A stretch of 64,000 nt of DNA from Lobosporangium transversale. Lineage: Eukaryota. The translations under genes and the position numbers were made by a program. Shown piece by piece: positions 31,623-44,583 of this stretch. The stretch spans positions 434,001-498,000 of the forward strand of contig NW_019028998.1 in NCBI RefSeq assembly GCF_002105155.1. The letters are read 5' to 3'. Under the pieces are notes generated by a model that was not told where the DNA came from, made no database searches, and worked only from the letters and a program-made list of their open reading frames with translations. Numbering within the stretch: the first letter of the stretch is position 1; the number at the start of each line of letters is the position of its first letter.

Positions 31623-31855
31623 ATTCCTTTGTGTTGTGTATACTTACACTGCTCTTGTCTGGGACTTTGTGCTTCAATGCCAACCTGGATATCAAGCGTC
31701 TTTGATCAACCTTTATATGTATATATATCAATTAATCCTTACTGAGTTTTTCTAATATTCCTGTCGCGGGTGATTGAAAATCTGCAATGTCACTCCTACA
31801 CAGATACGTTTCATAAAGGTTTATTCTTTTTTTGCTTTTATAAGGTGTGACTATC

Positions 31856-32542
31856 TTATGCGCTAAAGATGAACCTGACTCCGCTGTCAGAAGCAACACC
31901 GTAGAGAGCAGCGAGAAGAGCGCCATAGCCCAGAACAGTACGTCCGATGTTGAGGAGGTTCCAGCGACGCAATAACATCTCGATCTCGGCATCATTGAAC
32001 TTGTTGTCCCTCATGCTGTCGGCCTTGCCGTCGACTGTGTTATCCTGACGGATTTCAATCAGCTTCTTGTTGACGCGATAATTAAGGAAAAGACTAAGAG
32101 GAACAACAGTGGCCAAAGTGATAGCGCTGTACAAATAAAAAGGGTTTTCTGTCTCGTAGTACAATCCGATACCTCCGATAACACCAACGGCATTCGAAGC
32201 CGTTTGCAAGACTAGACATTCAATCGGAAAGGAAGGATGTTAACTAATGTCCATTACAAAATAAGCACGTCTCATCCAGGATAAAGATGATGTGCAATGT
32301 CTATTTATTATTTTTTTCCGCTTCTGTCAGTGATGACAAAGCTTACTCTGTGCGGACTTGATGGACTCATGCCAGATGGCGAGCGAGCTGGCAGAAGAGA
32401 ACTTGCGGAACGAGGGAATGATGATGGAGCTGAAGGAGAGGGCGGTGCCGGCGAAGATACCAACAGAAGCGACAGTGAGAAGCTTGCCAGCAACTAATGA
32501 GTTTGAACTGGTGGCGAAGGAGTGGAACTGGAAATCAACCAT
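31856..32542 (-). CDS. DUF1772 (anthrone oxygenase-like) small membrane protein. Exons 32542-32347, 32211-31856
   Basis: GIFAGTALSFSSIIIP, VNKKLI and EMLLRRWNLLNIGRTVLG fit DUF1772. The splice is in frame. Confidence 0.8.
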
Positions 32543-32949
32543 TTTGGTGTATCAGATGGTTAGATGGGATGGATCGAGTGTTGCAGGATGTGTGAAAAAA
32601 AAAAAAAAAAAAGAAAGAAGGAAGGAAAAGAAAGAAAAAGAATGAGGGTAATCAAAAAAAAAAAAAAATTAGCTGCGCGGGACGGCAGGGAGGCGGACCG
32701 TTGGGAGAAGCGAAATGTAAGCATAGATGCATTGTGGCCGTGACGAGAAGCACAAGCTTTGTTTTTTCCGTGAAGCATGACAAAGTTGAAACAAAGCACA
32801 AGCAAGAGTGAAAGTAAAAGAGTAAAAGCAGAAGCAAAAGCATCATTGTGCTTGATCTATCCTCGAAGTATCTGTGCTGTTTGTGCCTGACTTGTTTCTT
32901 CAGACTGAAAGTACACATGAAACTGTGTGATTGTGACTGGAAGAAAATG

Positions 32950-32981
<32 letters not shown>

Positions 32982-33037
32982 TCCCACACATTAAGACATT
33001 GCAGTTTCATTCACTTTATTCATTGAATTCATTCTCT

Positions 33038-33068
<31 letters not shown>
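33038..33068. repeat. (CT)n microsatellite in a divergent promoter
   Basis: A ctctct run sits between the head-to-head DUF1772 gene and the gene at 33146. Confidence 0.75.
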
Positions 33069-33145
33069 TCCTACTTTTTTTTTTTTTTCTTTACTTTATC
33101 CTTTGCTTCCAAAGTCAACCTCATCGACAAGACAGATAGACAGAG

Positions 33146-34321
33146 ATGGCCTCCATAATGCCCTTCCCAAACGTGGCTACTCACCGTAGGATGCCACATC
33201 TGTCCAATGCACCCAAGCCCACTACCTCCACTTTACCCCATCAAACTGATTTTCAACAACAACCACAACAACAGCAACAACAACCACAGCTCGATCATTT
33301 ATCTTTAGATCATACTCAAGATAATAACAGTACTAGTCCTCGTCTTAGACTTACCCCAGGATCGTCTTCAAGCACAACTCACAACAAACAACTTGAGGAC
33401 AGTGGCTCTTGTCCGTCACCTTTGGTCAAGGCTATCCAAGTCAACGATCAAATCTCACCTTTGGTCCTTGGTCTCCAATCACCCTCAGCATCCACTTCAC
33501 CTACTATGCAGTCTCAACAAGACTCAAAGTTGATAAAGTCGGCCCTGTATGATGCTTTCGGATGTCTTTACCACCCTTCTGCTCACACCAAGCATTCATC
33601 TCTTTCCTCTAATAACGCGGTCTCTTTGCGATCTGGCGATGTAACTCCTCTCATGGGCCTATCTCCAAAAGCTTCACCTCTCTTGCGACCCAACATGGGA
33701 CCATCTGCACCCATCACACCATTGGAACTTTCTGAAGAAGGAACTGCCGCTGGCTATTTTGCACTCCACTCACCATCCTCACAAGCATCGTCAGCACTAA
33801 ACGGATCGTCCAGGCAGTTTGGTCACCAACTTCACCATCACTATCCTCGACAACAAACACATGGATCTAGTCATCTGAGCTCAACGTACACATCAGAGGA
33901 CTTTGAGGGTCCTTTAGCACATGAACAAGCACAGAGACTGTCAGCTGACATGGTCCTTAGCCCAACAGAGCATCCTGTTTTGAGCTCTCTGCAGACTCTC
34001 AGCCTTACTCATCCACATCCGCCTGAGCATTATCATCCCCATCTTGGACACGAGCTAGGCTATGATAAAGTACCTATCAGCGATGAATCTTTACCAGGGC
34101 CAACCAGAACTACAGACACAAGCACAATAATTGGCGGAGTAGAGCCTTCGTTTTCATCCCAGATACAAACTCCAACAACAGCGATGATGCAACAGGCACA
34201 AGCACAGTCAATGAATCCTGCTTTTGCCAAACCAATGGGAGCACCAGCTACTGGCCTCTTCCCGATGGACCGTAATGAACACGACTCAATACCAGGATTC
34301 GGTCATCAGAAACTAGTCTAA
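33146..34321 (+). CDS. Hypothetical intrinsically disordered Ser/Pro/His/Gln-rich protein; single exon
   Basis: 391-aa ATG-initiated ORF with coding-like composition after a pyrimidine-rich promoter. It has many SP/TP sites and no recognisable domain. Confidence 0.75.
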   Translation: MASIMPFPNVATHRRMPHLSNAPKPTTSTLPHQTDFQQQPQQQQQQPQLDHLSLDHTQDNNSTSPRLRLTPGSSSSTTHNKQLEDSGSCPSPLVKAIQVNDQISPLVLGLQSPSASTSPTMQSQQDSKLIKSALYDAFGCLYHPSAHTKHSSLSSNNAVSLRSGDVTPLMGLSPKASPLLRPNMGPSAPITPLELSEEGTAAGYFALHSPSSQASSALNGSSRQFGHQLHHHYPRQQTHGSSHLSSTYTSEDFEGPLAHEQAQRLSADMVLSPTEHPVLSSLQTLSLTHPHPPEHYHPHLGHELGYDKVPISDESLPGPTRTTDTSTIIGGVEPSFSSQIQTPTTAMMQQAQAQSMNPAFAKPMGAPATGLFPMDRNEHDSIPGFGHQKLV

Positions 34322-34829
34322 AAAGTAACCATCTCAATACCCCATGTTTTTTTTAAAAAGAATCACTGTCATCAATCAATCTTTGGTTTTCCGAGATGTC
34401 TACCTGTGTACAAAAATGAAATAAAGTTGGAGAAGGGCTTCGAAGTCGAATGTAGGACAAATTTCATGATGAAATGTATACTTGAAAGAGGAAAGATGCC
34501 AATGCTTTTTCTTTTTTTTTTGTTTATTCACTCTACCGATGACGATGGTGATGGGTAGTCATTGAGCCTACATCTCCTGTCCATATTTTCGAATAGCTTT
34601 CTGAATGTCTTATCTATTCCAATAAACGATGGTCGTTCTCATCTTCTTCGACTCTTTTTTTTTTTTTTTCGCCTTTGTGAAAAGAAACACTGGCGGCACG
34701 GATTGATTCTTGGCTCTCAAAGGCCCCTTGAGCTATCACGAGTCGTTGTGGCAAGGGTGAAGACAACTGGTTCTTGCCTGCAACGCCCACATAACATTTT
34801 AAAAATGAAGCTGACTGGCTAGTGCCATT

Positions 34830-36130
34830 GGCTCTAGCTACCAATTAGGTCTACTACAGGTTGCTATATACTTTGCTATCACTGATGTCTGGATTTGTAA
34901 TCAAAATTCCCCTGAAAGCTCATGACCTCGGGTAATGTCTGAGAACGGACAGGGACATCAACCACGCAGCGATAGACCACATGAAAGGCACCTGGCCATC
35001 CCTGTCCAGACCCCATCCAGCCGCGAGTGCGTACTTTGAAGTCATGACTTTTATGTCGTACAACGTTCAGCTCGTCAATTGATTGATCAGTCATTAAAAA
35101 AACCATCTCTTTTTAGAAAAGCAATCAAAGAAACAATCACTCAGGACAAACATAGCATTCACAAGCCTACAAGAATAAATAACTCTAATATCGTAAGGAC
35201 CAACAATGTTAGCATGAACCCACAAACACATTTGGCCCTGAGTTTAATGCGCCTATCAATGAATCGTGTCTTGTATCCGAAACATAGCATCCATATAACA
35301 AGTCTCATCTGTCCATAAAGCACGCCTCAACAAGAACGGGCCGAGAATACCACAATCCTAGTTAACAATATGCTTGGTTTCACGACTGATATCGATACTT
35401 GACATAAATTACCAGACCTTCATATCATTCAATCAGTTGTCCGTTGTAGCCGCATATCATCCATGATGCACATACAAGAGACGATTTGGATCAAATTCAG
35501 ACTGCAACGCCAAGTTTTTTTCAGGCCCATATCCATCGAGATGGGCGTATCACGTTTAAAGATGCATGACACCATTACCAGAGGTTAGATCCATATTCAC
35601 GAGGGTGGGAATATTAAGCATGAGATAACCTTACTTCCTCTCTGGATTATCATCACCACCACCGTTGTCCTTAACATCTTCTCTTGAGATTCCTATACAA
35701 ACAATACAAACTGATGTTGCAGCAAAGTTTTTTTTTTTTTTTTTTTTTTTCATCTACAATGATCCCATGAAGCTTTTGATTATGAGGCGAACGTGCTTTG
35801 TAGAAGACATTCTTCAGATCTTTTCCGTATAACCAACGATGATGAAAAGGACTTTAAAGGAAAACGGAGCCGATAATGACTGTGCACCTCATTCAATCGT
35901 TCAATTTTTATTTTTTTATATTTCATCACTTTATCGAGCCAAGTATTCGGGCGAAAGTTGAATCTATCATCCTATTCATGAAGACAAAATCATCTTTTAA
36001 TTATTCCTCGGTCATCCAGATGATATCAGTAAGACTACAACTAGACGGTAGATTCGACTGCTGTTGCTGTGATCGTTGAGCAAAGAGGATGGTAGGCTTC
36101 GAGAGTAGCAATAGAACACTCCTCATGGAG
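34830..36130 (-). pseudogene. Possible decayed fasciclin (FAS1)-domain gene
   Basis: Stop- and frameshift-broken fragments: a signal-like MRSVLLLLS, VLFIIVG/LYGKDLKN/LLQS, and PTLVNMDLTSGNGVMHL*, which resembles the FAS1 D..asNGViHvI motif. Confidence 0.35.
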
Positions 36131-36423
36131 AAATTGTAACAATAGTCCTTCGAGGTAATAACAGAAATAAGAAGACTTTTTTTTTTTAAGTCGAATACAA
36201 AGAGCAAAGCGAAAGCACACCAATTATTAACAAAAAAAGTCTATCAACATTGCCCAGAAATGACATTGACTTGGAGAACTGAAATGTCAAGAAAATCTGG
36301 GAATGCAAGAATTTATTGCCCTGACTAATTTTTTTTTTTTTTTTTTTTTTATTATTATTATTCGTAATTCAAAATAATATGTTTGTCGCGATCATACGTC
36401 CATCCAATACTTCTTTTTCTTTT

Positions 36424-36536
36424 CTAAGCAGTGCCCTCATGACCTTCGTAGTACTTATGGCCCTCCTTGCTGAGACGGAACTCTATATAATTCATCATCA
36501 TCAACATTATTCAAAAGGTCAGTTATAATGCTTCTA

Positions 36537-36591
<55 letters not shown>

Positions 36592-37419
36592 AAAAGAAAA
36601 GGTGATCCAGGATCATAAAACTAATTCCTGCAACTGCCGCTTCCTGTATCGACCCAAAAATACGTTCTGAAAGAGCGAACTGCACACAGATCCGATATGA
36701 AAATCGTACATCATATAATGCTTTTTTTTTTTTTTTTTTTTTTTTTGAAGTAATGCCACAACAATAGTATCGTTTCTAACCGTCATCCTTTAAAATATCC
36801 ACCGGATAATGTCCATTCCTCTCTCCTTGACCAATAATGACAGTGAATATCCTGATTGAAATCCCAGTACTTTTTTTTTTATTCTTCAATTCCTGATCTT
36901 ATTTTGATGCCATTCAATGTATTTTTTTTTTTTTTCCCCTTTCTTTCTTTGTTGTCTTGATTATGAAGTATTAATAAATAAAAACATACCGTGATTCTTC
37001 TTGCCCCAGGAGTAAACGGCGTAACCGATTCCCATAGGAACAGCAACATAAAAGGCCTGTCCAGAGACGCGACGGAAAGTGTTGAAGACTGCTTGATGAA
37101 GAGCTCCTGAAAAAGCACGTTGCTCATAAGGCGACAATGAGTAGATGACAATGCCGCGCTGCACTGGGGCACCCAAGTGTCCCCACCAACCCATCCATTT
37201 TCCTAAAAAAAAAAAAAAAAGAAAAAAAAAAGAAAAAAGACAGCGAGTTAGAAATCTGCTAGTTCCGAACTCGGAAAGCAAAGGAATAAAAAAAAAAAAA
37301 AAAAAAAGGATGATCAAGTAAAGTTGGTGTTTTCAGCTGAATGTGTTCGATGAATCGAATAAAAACAAGCGTGATTGAGTGTGAACGGATCAGGAACAAA
37401 GTAATGTACCTCCAGCCAT
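36424..37419 (-). CDS. QCR8: Cytochrome bc1 complex subunit 8 (UQCRQ), 93 aa. Exons 37419-37410, 37202-36990, 36482-36424
   Basis: Spliced MAGGKWMGWWGHLGAPVQRGIVIYSLSPYEQRAFSGALHQAVFNTFRRV...WGKKNHEFRLSKEGH. Confidence 0.93.
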
Positions 37420-38178
37420 TGTTGATTTCGATGTATTGAGAAGGTAGTGTCGTTCGTTGTTTGTGATTGATTAAACAATTCAAAAAAATAAAAATGAAAG
37501 ACGGAAACTCTCTCCGAGATATTTTTGTCGACGTCACTGGCCATAAGGATCACATGATTCCCATTTATCGACACGAGGCCTTCACTTACTTCTGCAAATT
37601 ATGTGGCATTAATAAAGGGGAAGACAATATCAAAAGGTAAAATCCCATTGATATTTTCTCTTTGGGGACTTGTTAAATGTTGGATGAATCCGACTTAACG
37701 GCACAAGGTGGTGTTTACGTTGCATTAAGCATTACACTCATCGTGAATATAAGAGTTAACTATTTAACTGCCCAACTAACTATTATTGGTAGCAGTATCA
37801 GAACTATATATCAAAGATTTACAAAATTATCGTGCTCCATCCGTGCCACATCTCACTCGGCTAATATCTAACGATCAAGTGTAAGAGATGACGATTACTG
37901 CTCTGGTCCAACAAGACATACAATCCGATGGGGACGACCGACCACTACGAAGTATCTTCCTGCGGAGAGTTTGAAAGTCCTTGGCAAAAGCTTTTACTAC
38001 TACTGTCATCGATGGAAAGCCTCTCAAATAGATCACTTGGAGCCTTAAGTCTGAACCCATCCTAGGCAGATTATATCCATTCCCCTGATGTTTGGCTACT
38101 CTATAGAGGCATGGTGGCAACATTTGGGAGTAAAGAATACACTTTAATATATTGAAGGCCTTTGAGCGCTTGAAATCC

Positions 38179-38209
<31 letters not shown>

Positions 38210-39211
38210 AATACCTATTTCTGTAAGTTAGGCTTGCTGGCAATAGTAACGAATTCCTTGACGCACAGGAAGTACCGCGCACACTTTATACATTTTAAGC
38301 AGCAGTGCACCTACGCTCTAACATCGAGTAGTCTCTTCTCTCGTAAAGGACATGTGGGTAGCAACGGCTGCCTCATCTCGAACCAATAAGAAGAGTCTTC
38401 TAGAAGAACTATAGTCTAGAAAGCTGTTAGGATTAACATAAACGATACTAAATAGATTCACCACCTTTTCGGTCATGCAAAAGACGCGTCAGATTGTGCT
38501 ACTTGGTCGGAAGGAACTTCGGGAATCTGCCGTAACAATAAAACTCTTTTAATAGCTGTGAATACTATCGTTCGTCGTATTTGGTACACCATTTGCCTAC
38601 CGGCGCGCAAACTCAAATGAACTATTCTGTAGATTTTATACCTAATACATATACGTCCCATTATAACAACAGCGGTCGCTTCAATAATCGAAAAGCAATA
38701 TATTCTGAGGGATTGAGATTCAGTCGTCCTCATTAAGACAAAAGTATTTATTTCCCTCCAATATTTCGCGAGCGGCAGGACTTTATTGCTTAAGGCTGGC
38801 GACACCCGTTACTGGGCTTTAGCATGTTGTATCTTTTTTTTTTTTTTTTTTTTTTTTAATGTGAATGTATATATTATGTGAGACTCTGGATTGATTTACC
38901 GGCAAATAATTTCAAATATTTACCCGATATTCCGTCCAACCGCGTATCCCACGTGTCTAGTGATATAAATTTACGCACATTCTCAGCGCACGGACACAAA
39001 CAGATTTGATCACTTATTAAACTGCTTTCTCACCGTTAACAACAATTTCACTATTATTTTTATTTTTATTTTTAATGAGGATTGCTTATATATATATATA
39101 TTATCGTGACCTTGAGTGTATGTCTGGATGCCGCAGAAGAGGAGCGTAAATTCGATTTGTGTAGGATGTTGTAGAAAGTACTCTGGTATATATCTTTGCT
39201 TTGGCTTAAAC

Positions 39212-39960
39212 AGGCCCAGATGTTTACTGAACAGATGCTTGGACAAATTAAGCAGACAGGAGCTGCAGGTAAGGTTTGCAATGCTGTCTGGATCTGTGAA
39301 CAACAAGTACGCTCGTTGTGCGACTTTGCGATACTGGTGGGTCGTAAACCACAAGGCTCTATGATGGTAGCATCTTTTCAGGACGGCGTAGACCTCAAAT
39401 CTGTACCAGCAGAGGACTCAGAAGCAACCTCGCAACAGCTGGTTGATATTAATGAGGAAACCAACTGTGTGGCCCATGATTTGGCTGAATACATGGTTTT
39501 TTCTCCCAAATGCACTGATCAAGCAACGGACTAAGAACCCTTCATACAGAAGAATGTTGTCATGTTGGGGATTAAGCTTATGGGAGAATCTGTAAATCAC
39601 GAAGATAGTTTACTTTTGGTTCTATTGCCCAAACACCAGTGATAATTCAAGCTCTTAAAATTATACATAAAGTTATTTCACTCCTCATCTCCCCCATTCC
39701 CTTCCCAGTTCTCTGGATTGACGCCAAAACCCACCAGCATGAAGTCCATAGTCATTGTAATATCAACCCTGAAGATCTTCGTGAGGTCTCTGCAGAATAA
39801 CACTACCTCTACTACATTGGTTTAGATGGATCGGTTGCATGTTTAACCAAAGGGCCCGGGCTGGTGAAGTCGACGACAGATATCATGAAGCTTCATGGTG
39901 GAGCGCCTGTCAAGTTTTTGAATGTTGGAGGAGGAACGATTGCAGAGCAGGTTCAAGATC
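39212..39960 (+). pseudogene. LSC2: Unprocessed pseudogene of succinyl-CoA ligase beta subunit (LSC2/SUCLA2-like)
   Basis: KQTGAAGKVCNAVWICE, VLWIDAK and YIGLDGSVACLTKGPGLVKSTTDIMKLHGGAPVKFLNVGGG. In-frame TAA at 39532-39534 and 39798-39800. Residual intron 39605-39708 has AT in place of the GT donor. Confidence 0.88.
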
Positions 39961-41531
39961 ATTAGACAATATTTTTAGAGAAATCATATCCTATTGAGTG
40001 AATACGTAGGACATTATTGCAGTCGCATCATCACTACAGCTCCGGATCCGTCTGATGGTCCGGTTTTAGGAATGAGACCAAAAAGCTGACTACAGAGTCA
40101 GGACTTGGGATCGTTACCTCGAACGTTCTTGATTATGCAACCAGCAAGCTTGTTAAGGTAGTTCACATGGCACGTGAGTCCAAAATCAATGTCAGCTTTG
40201 AGTTTTCTTTGTAAAGATAGTTGGTTGAGGTCGAGCGGATGAAAAGAAGAGCCTAGAACATCATCAGTATACAGTATATACATGTATATATATATATATA
40301 TATGTTATAACTTGGTCATTTAACTAATTTAGTACAAGCAAGTGATTGAGCTGGATATTATTAAAGCCCATCGCACAAACTAAAATGCCGAGAGGCCGAG
40401 GTAGTAAGCATAAAAACTCTTGTTGGTTGAAAATGGTAATAATATGCAATGCGGGGAAAAAATAGAAAGGAATGGTGCATGTGAGAAAGAAGTAATGAAT
40501 ACAGATTTATAAATATACTCATAATTGAGCTGGTAGTCTAGTTCGGTTTGCTAAACGCGGTCATTACTTGTACAACTAACTTTCTTAATCCTTGTAGAGT
40601 TGTAGAGCACCCTATTTTTTCCTATAACAGTATTAAATCGCGGGCAATTTTTTTTTTATATACATATAGACATATACTCTTTATAGTCTTTATACTTTTG
40701 GCATCTGATGTCACTTTGCTCCTCTCTCGTTTTTATACATATATATTTGTATATACTGCATATCTTGTCTGCATAATATATATATTCAAGTATGGAATAA
40801 AAAAAAAATAAAAAAGAATACACGCAATACGCGTCTCTAAAAAAAAAAAAATAAAAAAAATAAAAAAAAAGAGCTTGATGGCTAGTATATCCATAAGGAC
40901 ATAGTCCTACAACGGCAACGAGGGAATCAATCGATGGTATCAGCGGCGTAGACGCGTTACAAAAAAAAAAATAAAAAACAAACGCGGCGGTTTTGTGTTC
41001 GTCTTCCCCGCTGCGCATAGATATATATATATTTGTTTGTATATAATTTGGCTTTTTTGGCGAAAATAGGTATTGTTTTATTTTTCCCTTGAATGACACG
41101 TTTGTTTTTTTTTTTTTTTTTTTTTTTGTGATATAAACAGGAAAAGATAACGTGTGGGTTGGATGATATATACATGTCTTTCGCATATTGTGTACGTTTA
41201 TTACTACTGCATGTTTTTATTTATGGTGACTATGTACAAGTTGGCCTTTTAGTGCATTTTTTTTTTCTTTTTGCCTTTGCCTCTGAAAATCTGTTGGGGA
41301 GTGGTATGAACATTTTAAACGGGGAATGTTTTTTTTTTTTTTTTTTTTTTTTTGCATTGTTTTCTGCATTGGTGGTTCCGCATTAAAGGAAAAGCGACGT
41401 TTACAAGAGTTGATGAGGCTAAGGAAATACAAGAAAAGAAAGGTGCTGTAGATTATTTGGATAGCTCTATGTAGTTCTATGTAAGTCTATCATGACAATA
41501 CATATTTTCCTCCACCGAGTCGTCTTTTTTC

Positions 41532-41580
41532 TATTATTATTATTATTATTATTATTGTTGTTGTTGTTGCTGTTGTTGTT
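41532..41580. repeat. Compound (TTA)n(TTG)n microsatellite
   Basis: tattattat...ttgttgttg seen directly. Confidence 0.75.
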
Positions 41581-43895
41581 GGGTATCGCTTAAGCATCTC
41601 TTTCCGATACTTGAAGGTAGTAACTAGAAAAGCTACATATCATGTTAAGAGCACAGAAGGCGATCCTCTTGGCTGCTTCTTATCGAAGCAAGACATTTTT
41701 TTTATCACCTGTCCAGTAACTTTGATAGCTTAAAAATGATGAGGATCAAAGATTTTGTATCAACTCCAATCATACTCATAGAAAATTAAATCGCCATCCT
41801 TCTCCACACAAGACATTCATAAAAAGATATTGGATGAGGGGTTCAAGGGGATAATGAAGATCCGCTAGAAGAATAATGAACATCCTCGTGTCAAAAAAGA
41901 GCTCTGTCCAACGTTCAAGCTTTACGGAGTTTCGAGAATGATATATACATATGCATGAGTCCCTTGCAGGTTAAATTGTTTGGTTGTTTGGGTTGAGGGA
42001 GCAAGTTCCTCGTTATGGCAAATGTATCAACGCGGGGAAGACAATTTTTTTTTTGTTATTATTTTCTCCACTGATCTGTGTACACATGAGATACCCCATC
42101 TGTTTCTCTTTCTCTTCAAAAGCAGGAATCAACGAATCGATTGGCTCACTAGGATATTTTCCACGCGTGCATTACTTGTATTTTACCTTTGTGCTACACC
42201 TTTTTTTTCCCTCATTGTCGGAATCGGAAAGGTGGAGAAGAGATGACATTAAAGGTAATCGTCCTCGTAATTCTTCTCTGGATAAACTGTTCAAAAAATA
42301 ATAATAATTATTATTAAAGTATATAAATATTATATATATATAAATATCTAAGACAATGACATTTTCACTAAGTACACTGGAGTGCAGTCATATGTAAATA
42401 TATGATAACTGAAAAATAAATATTACTAATATCTATATTATAGGATATTATTTTTCCATCTTATACATGTGTAATAAATATTATTGATAAACAGTAAGAA
42501 ACGCACCCAATTCGATTTTTAGAGATACATGTTATATAAATATACACATATATTAATAATTAGAGGTTTGTATAACTAATTTGAATTGAAAAGAATGGAA
42601 AAATACGAGCCGTGTATAGTAACATCGTATTCAATTAAATATTAAAAATAAAAAGAAAAAAAAAGTGGATATTCCCCGCTTTTTTTTTGGTTAAGAATTC
42701 CCATTTGCTGAACCTTTAAACTGAAAAATATTTCATGATCAGTAGATTCCTGTCATAAGAGGAAAGAGACCCCGCATTTTTGATTTACGTATGAGCAAAC
42801 GTGTGATGACATTACATGATGGTACCTTTTGCCTTTTAAGTATCCTCTATGACAAAAAAATCAAAATGTAACAAAATATAATGTTGATCAGTCTGCTTCA
42901 AGCTGTATACAATATAACATGAATGCATAGCATTGATAGATTTGTGCTGTGCATAGCAATGAGTCGATGGCAGCGTTCAACGGGCCCTTTTTGTTATTGT
43001 GTGTTGATGTAGAAGGAAGGCACATCTCATTGATTGACAAACAAACAGACCAACAGGATCTATGTAGACCTTTGTTTGTTTACACACCCCGGAAGAGAGT
43101 AAAAAACTCTATGCAACAACTGCCCGTGTTTTTTATTTTTTATTTTTCAACAAACTCTCAATTGTATTGTTGCTTTGCCTCGCTTCTTGATACCCTCATT
43201 CGATGTGTAACATGCTCTCTAAGAGATAGACCAGAAGCCTCAAATGAATCCAAGAAAGGAAGTCTGACAAGGCTGATAGAATCAACTAACTTTATATACT
43301 GACTGAATAGAACACCCAATCCGACACCTGCAATTCCTCCGCCGGGACAATAGGCTCGATCGTAAAGACCTATCGGTTTTATTCTTTTATTCACTAAACT
43401 AGATTCTATTGGCTCAAGTGATATCTGTGCCTGCAGTGTTCAGATGTACATGTGTATATACCTTGTAACCTAGTCCCCGTGGCCATGGTCCTCGAAGTCA
43501 CTTCGTATAAATACTCAGACCCCGACAATCATCCTTGGGGTCCTTTTCTTTACTTTTCAAAACATTTTATCCATCTCCATTAGACCTCCAATTGGTCCAG
43601 CTATTCTTCTCCTCTCTCCTCTCTAAACAGTTATTTCATTCAACTTTCCTCATCTACATCCATTCTCTCTCTCTCTTTTTTCTCCCTTTCACTTGTAATC
43701 TCTGTTAGTGTCAGATCTATTATACCACATTGTTAATTCTCTACAAACTTATAGATCGACTCTCCTTCACCCTTTAGTTGTCAGCAGTACATAATCATCA
43801 TTCTTTATCCCTATTATCCTCCCTTTTGTAATCTCGATATCATTGATCGTTTCGACAAAAAATCCTTTCATCTCCACTCTATCAAATCTTTATAA

Positions 43896-44547
43896 ATGTC
43901 TGTCCTCGATAACATCATCTTCTGCGCATTCATCTGCGTGGTCGGTGGTATTGCCACAGCCTCGCAGGGCGCTGTAAACTCCAAGCTCGGCCAATTTTCG
44001 GGGCAGGGTCTTTGCTCAACCATCGTCTTTTTCGTCGGTATGTCCTTTTATTATCATTTCAGTTTGCATGATTGGTCCTCTTTTCCCTTTTTATCCCTGA
44101 ATATGTTTGCATGTTTCTGCATTTTTTTTTTTTTTTTTTTTTTAAGTGGACAGTTATTTTTTTCTTTTGGCCGTTTTAAAAATACTTATTCTCTGGTAAT
44201 TTATTTTTATTATAACTTTTACTTAAAATAGGTGCCATAACATCATGTATTTATTTCTTAATTGAGGTCAAGGGTCGTCCACCAACGGACCTGTTGTCGA
44301 CAATGGGTCAGGCACCCTGGTGGGCATGGACCGGAGGTGTCATTGGTGCCGTCTTTGTCATCATCACTATTTTGGCCATTCCCAAACTTGGTGCCGGTAC
44401 AACAACAGCGATCATTGTTTGCGCTCAACTGATCTTTTCCTGCATCATCGACAATTTCAGCATCTTTGGTATTAATTACCGCCAATACACAGTCTGGCGT
44501 GGCATTGCTACCGTTGGTCTGATCAGCTGTGTCGCCGCTATTGCCAA

Positions 44548-44554
<7 letters not shown>
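43896..44554 (+). CDS. DMT superfamily transporter, YdcZ/DUF606 family, 154 aa. Exons 43896-44037, 44232-44554
   Basis: GGIATASQGAVNSKLG, PWWAWTGGVIGA, PKLGAG and QLIFSCIIDNF are DUF606 signature motifs. The phase-1 intron is in frame. Confidence 0.9.

Positions 44555-44583
<29 letters not shown>

Noticed and set aside
37872..37885. gatcaagtgta, similar to part of U2 snRNA
   Set aside because: Only about 11 nt match, and the flanks do not resemble U2.
37875..38805. Short minus-strand ORFs with splice-like sites
   Set aside because: No frame gave a recognisable protein. It may be a relic but cannot be supported.
40550..40990. Cluster of ACGCG/CGCG (MCB-like) sites and an 8-bp inverted repeat
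   Set aside because: No adjacent gene start, and short motifs are expected by chance.
43158..43394. GGGIAGVG Rossmann-like motif in a 78-aa ORF
   Set aside because: The preceding hydrophobic beta strand and the rest of the domain are absent. Likely chance.
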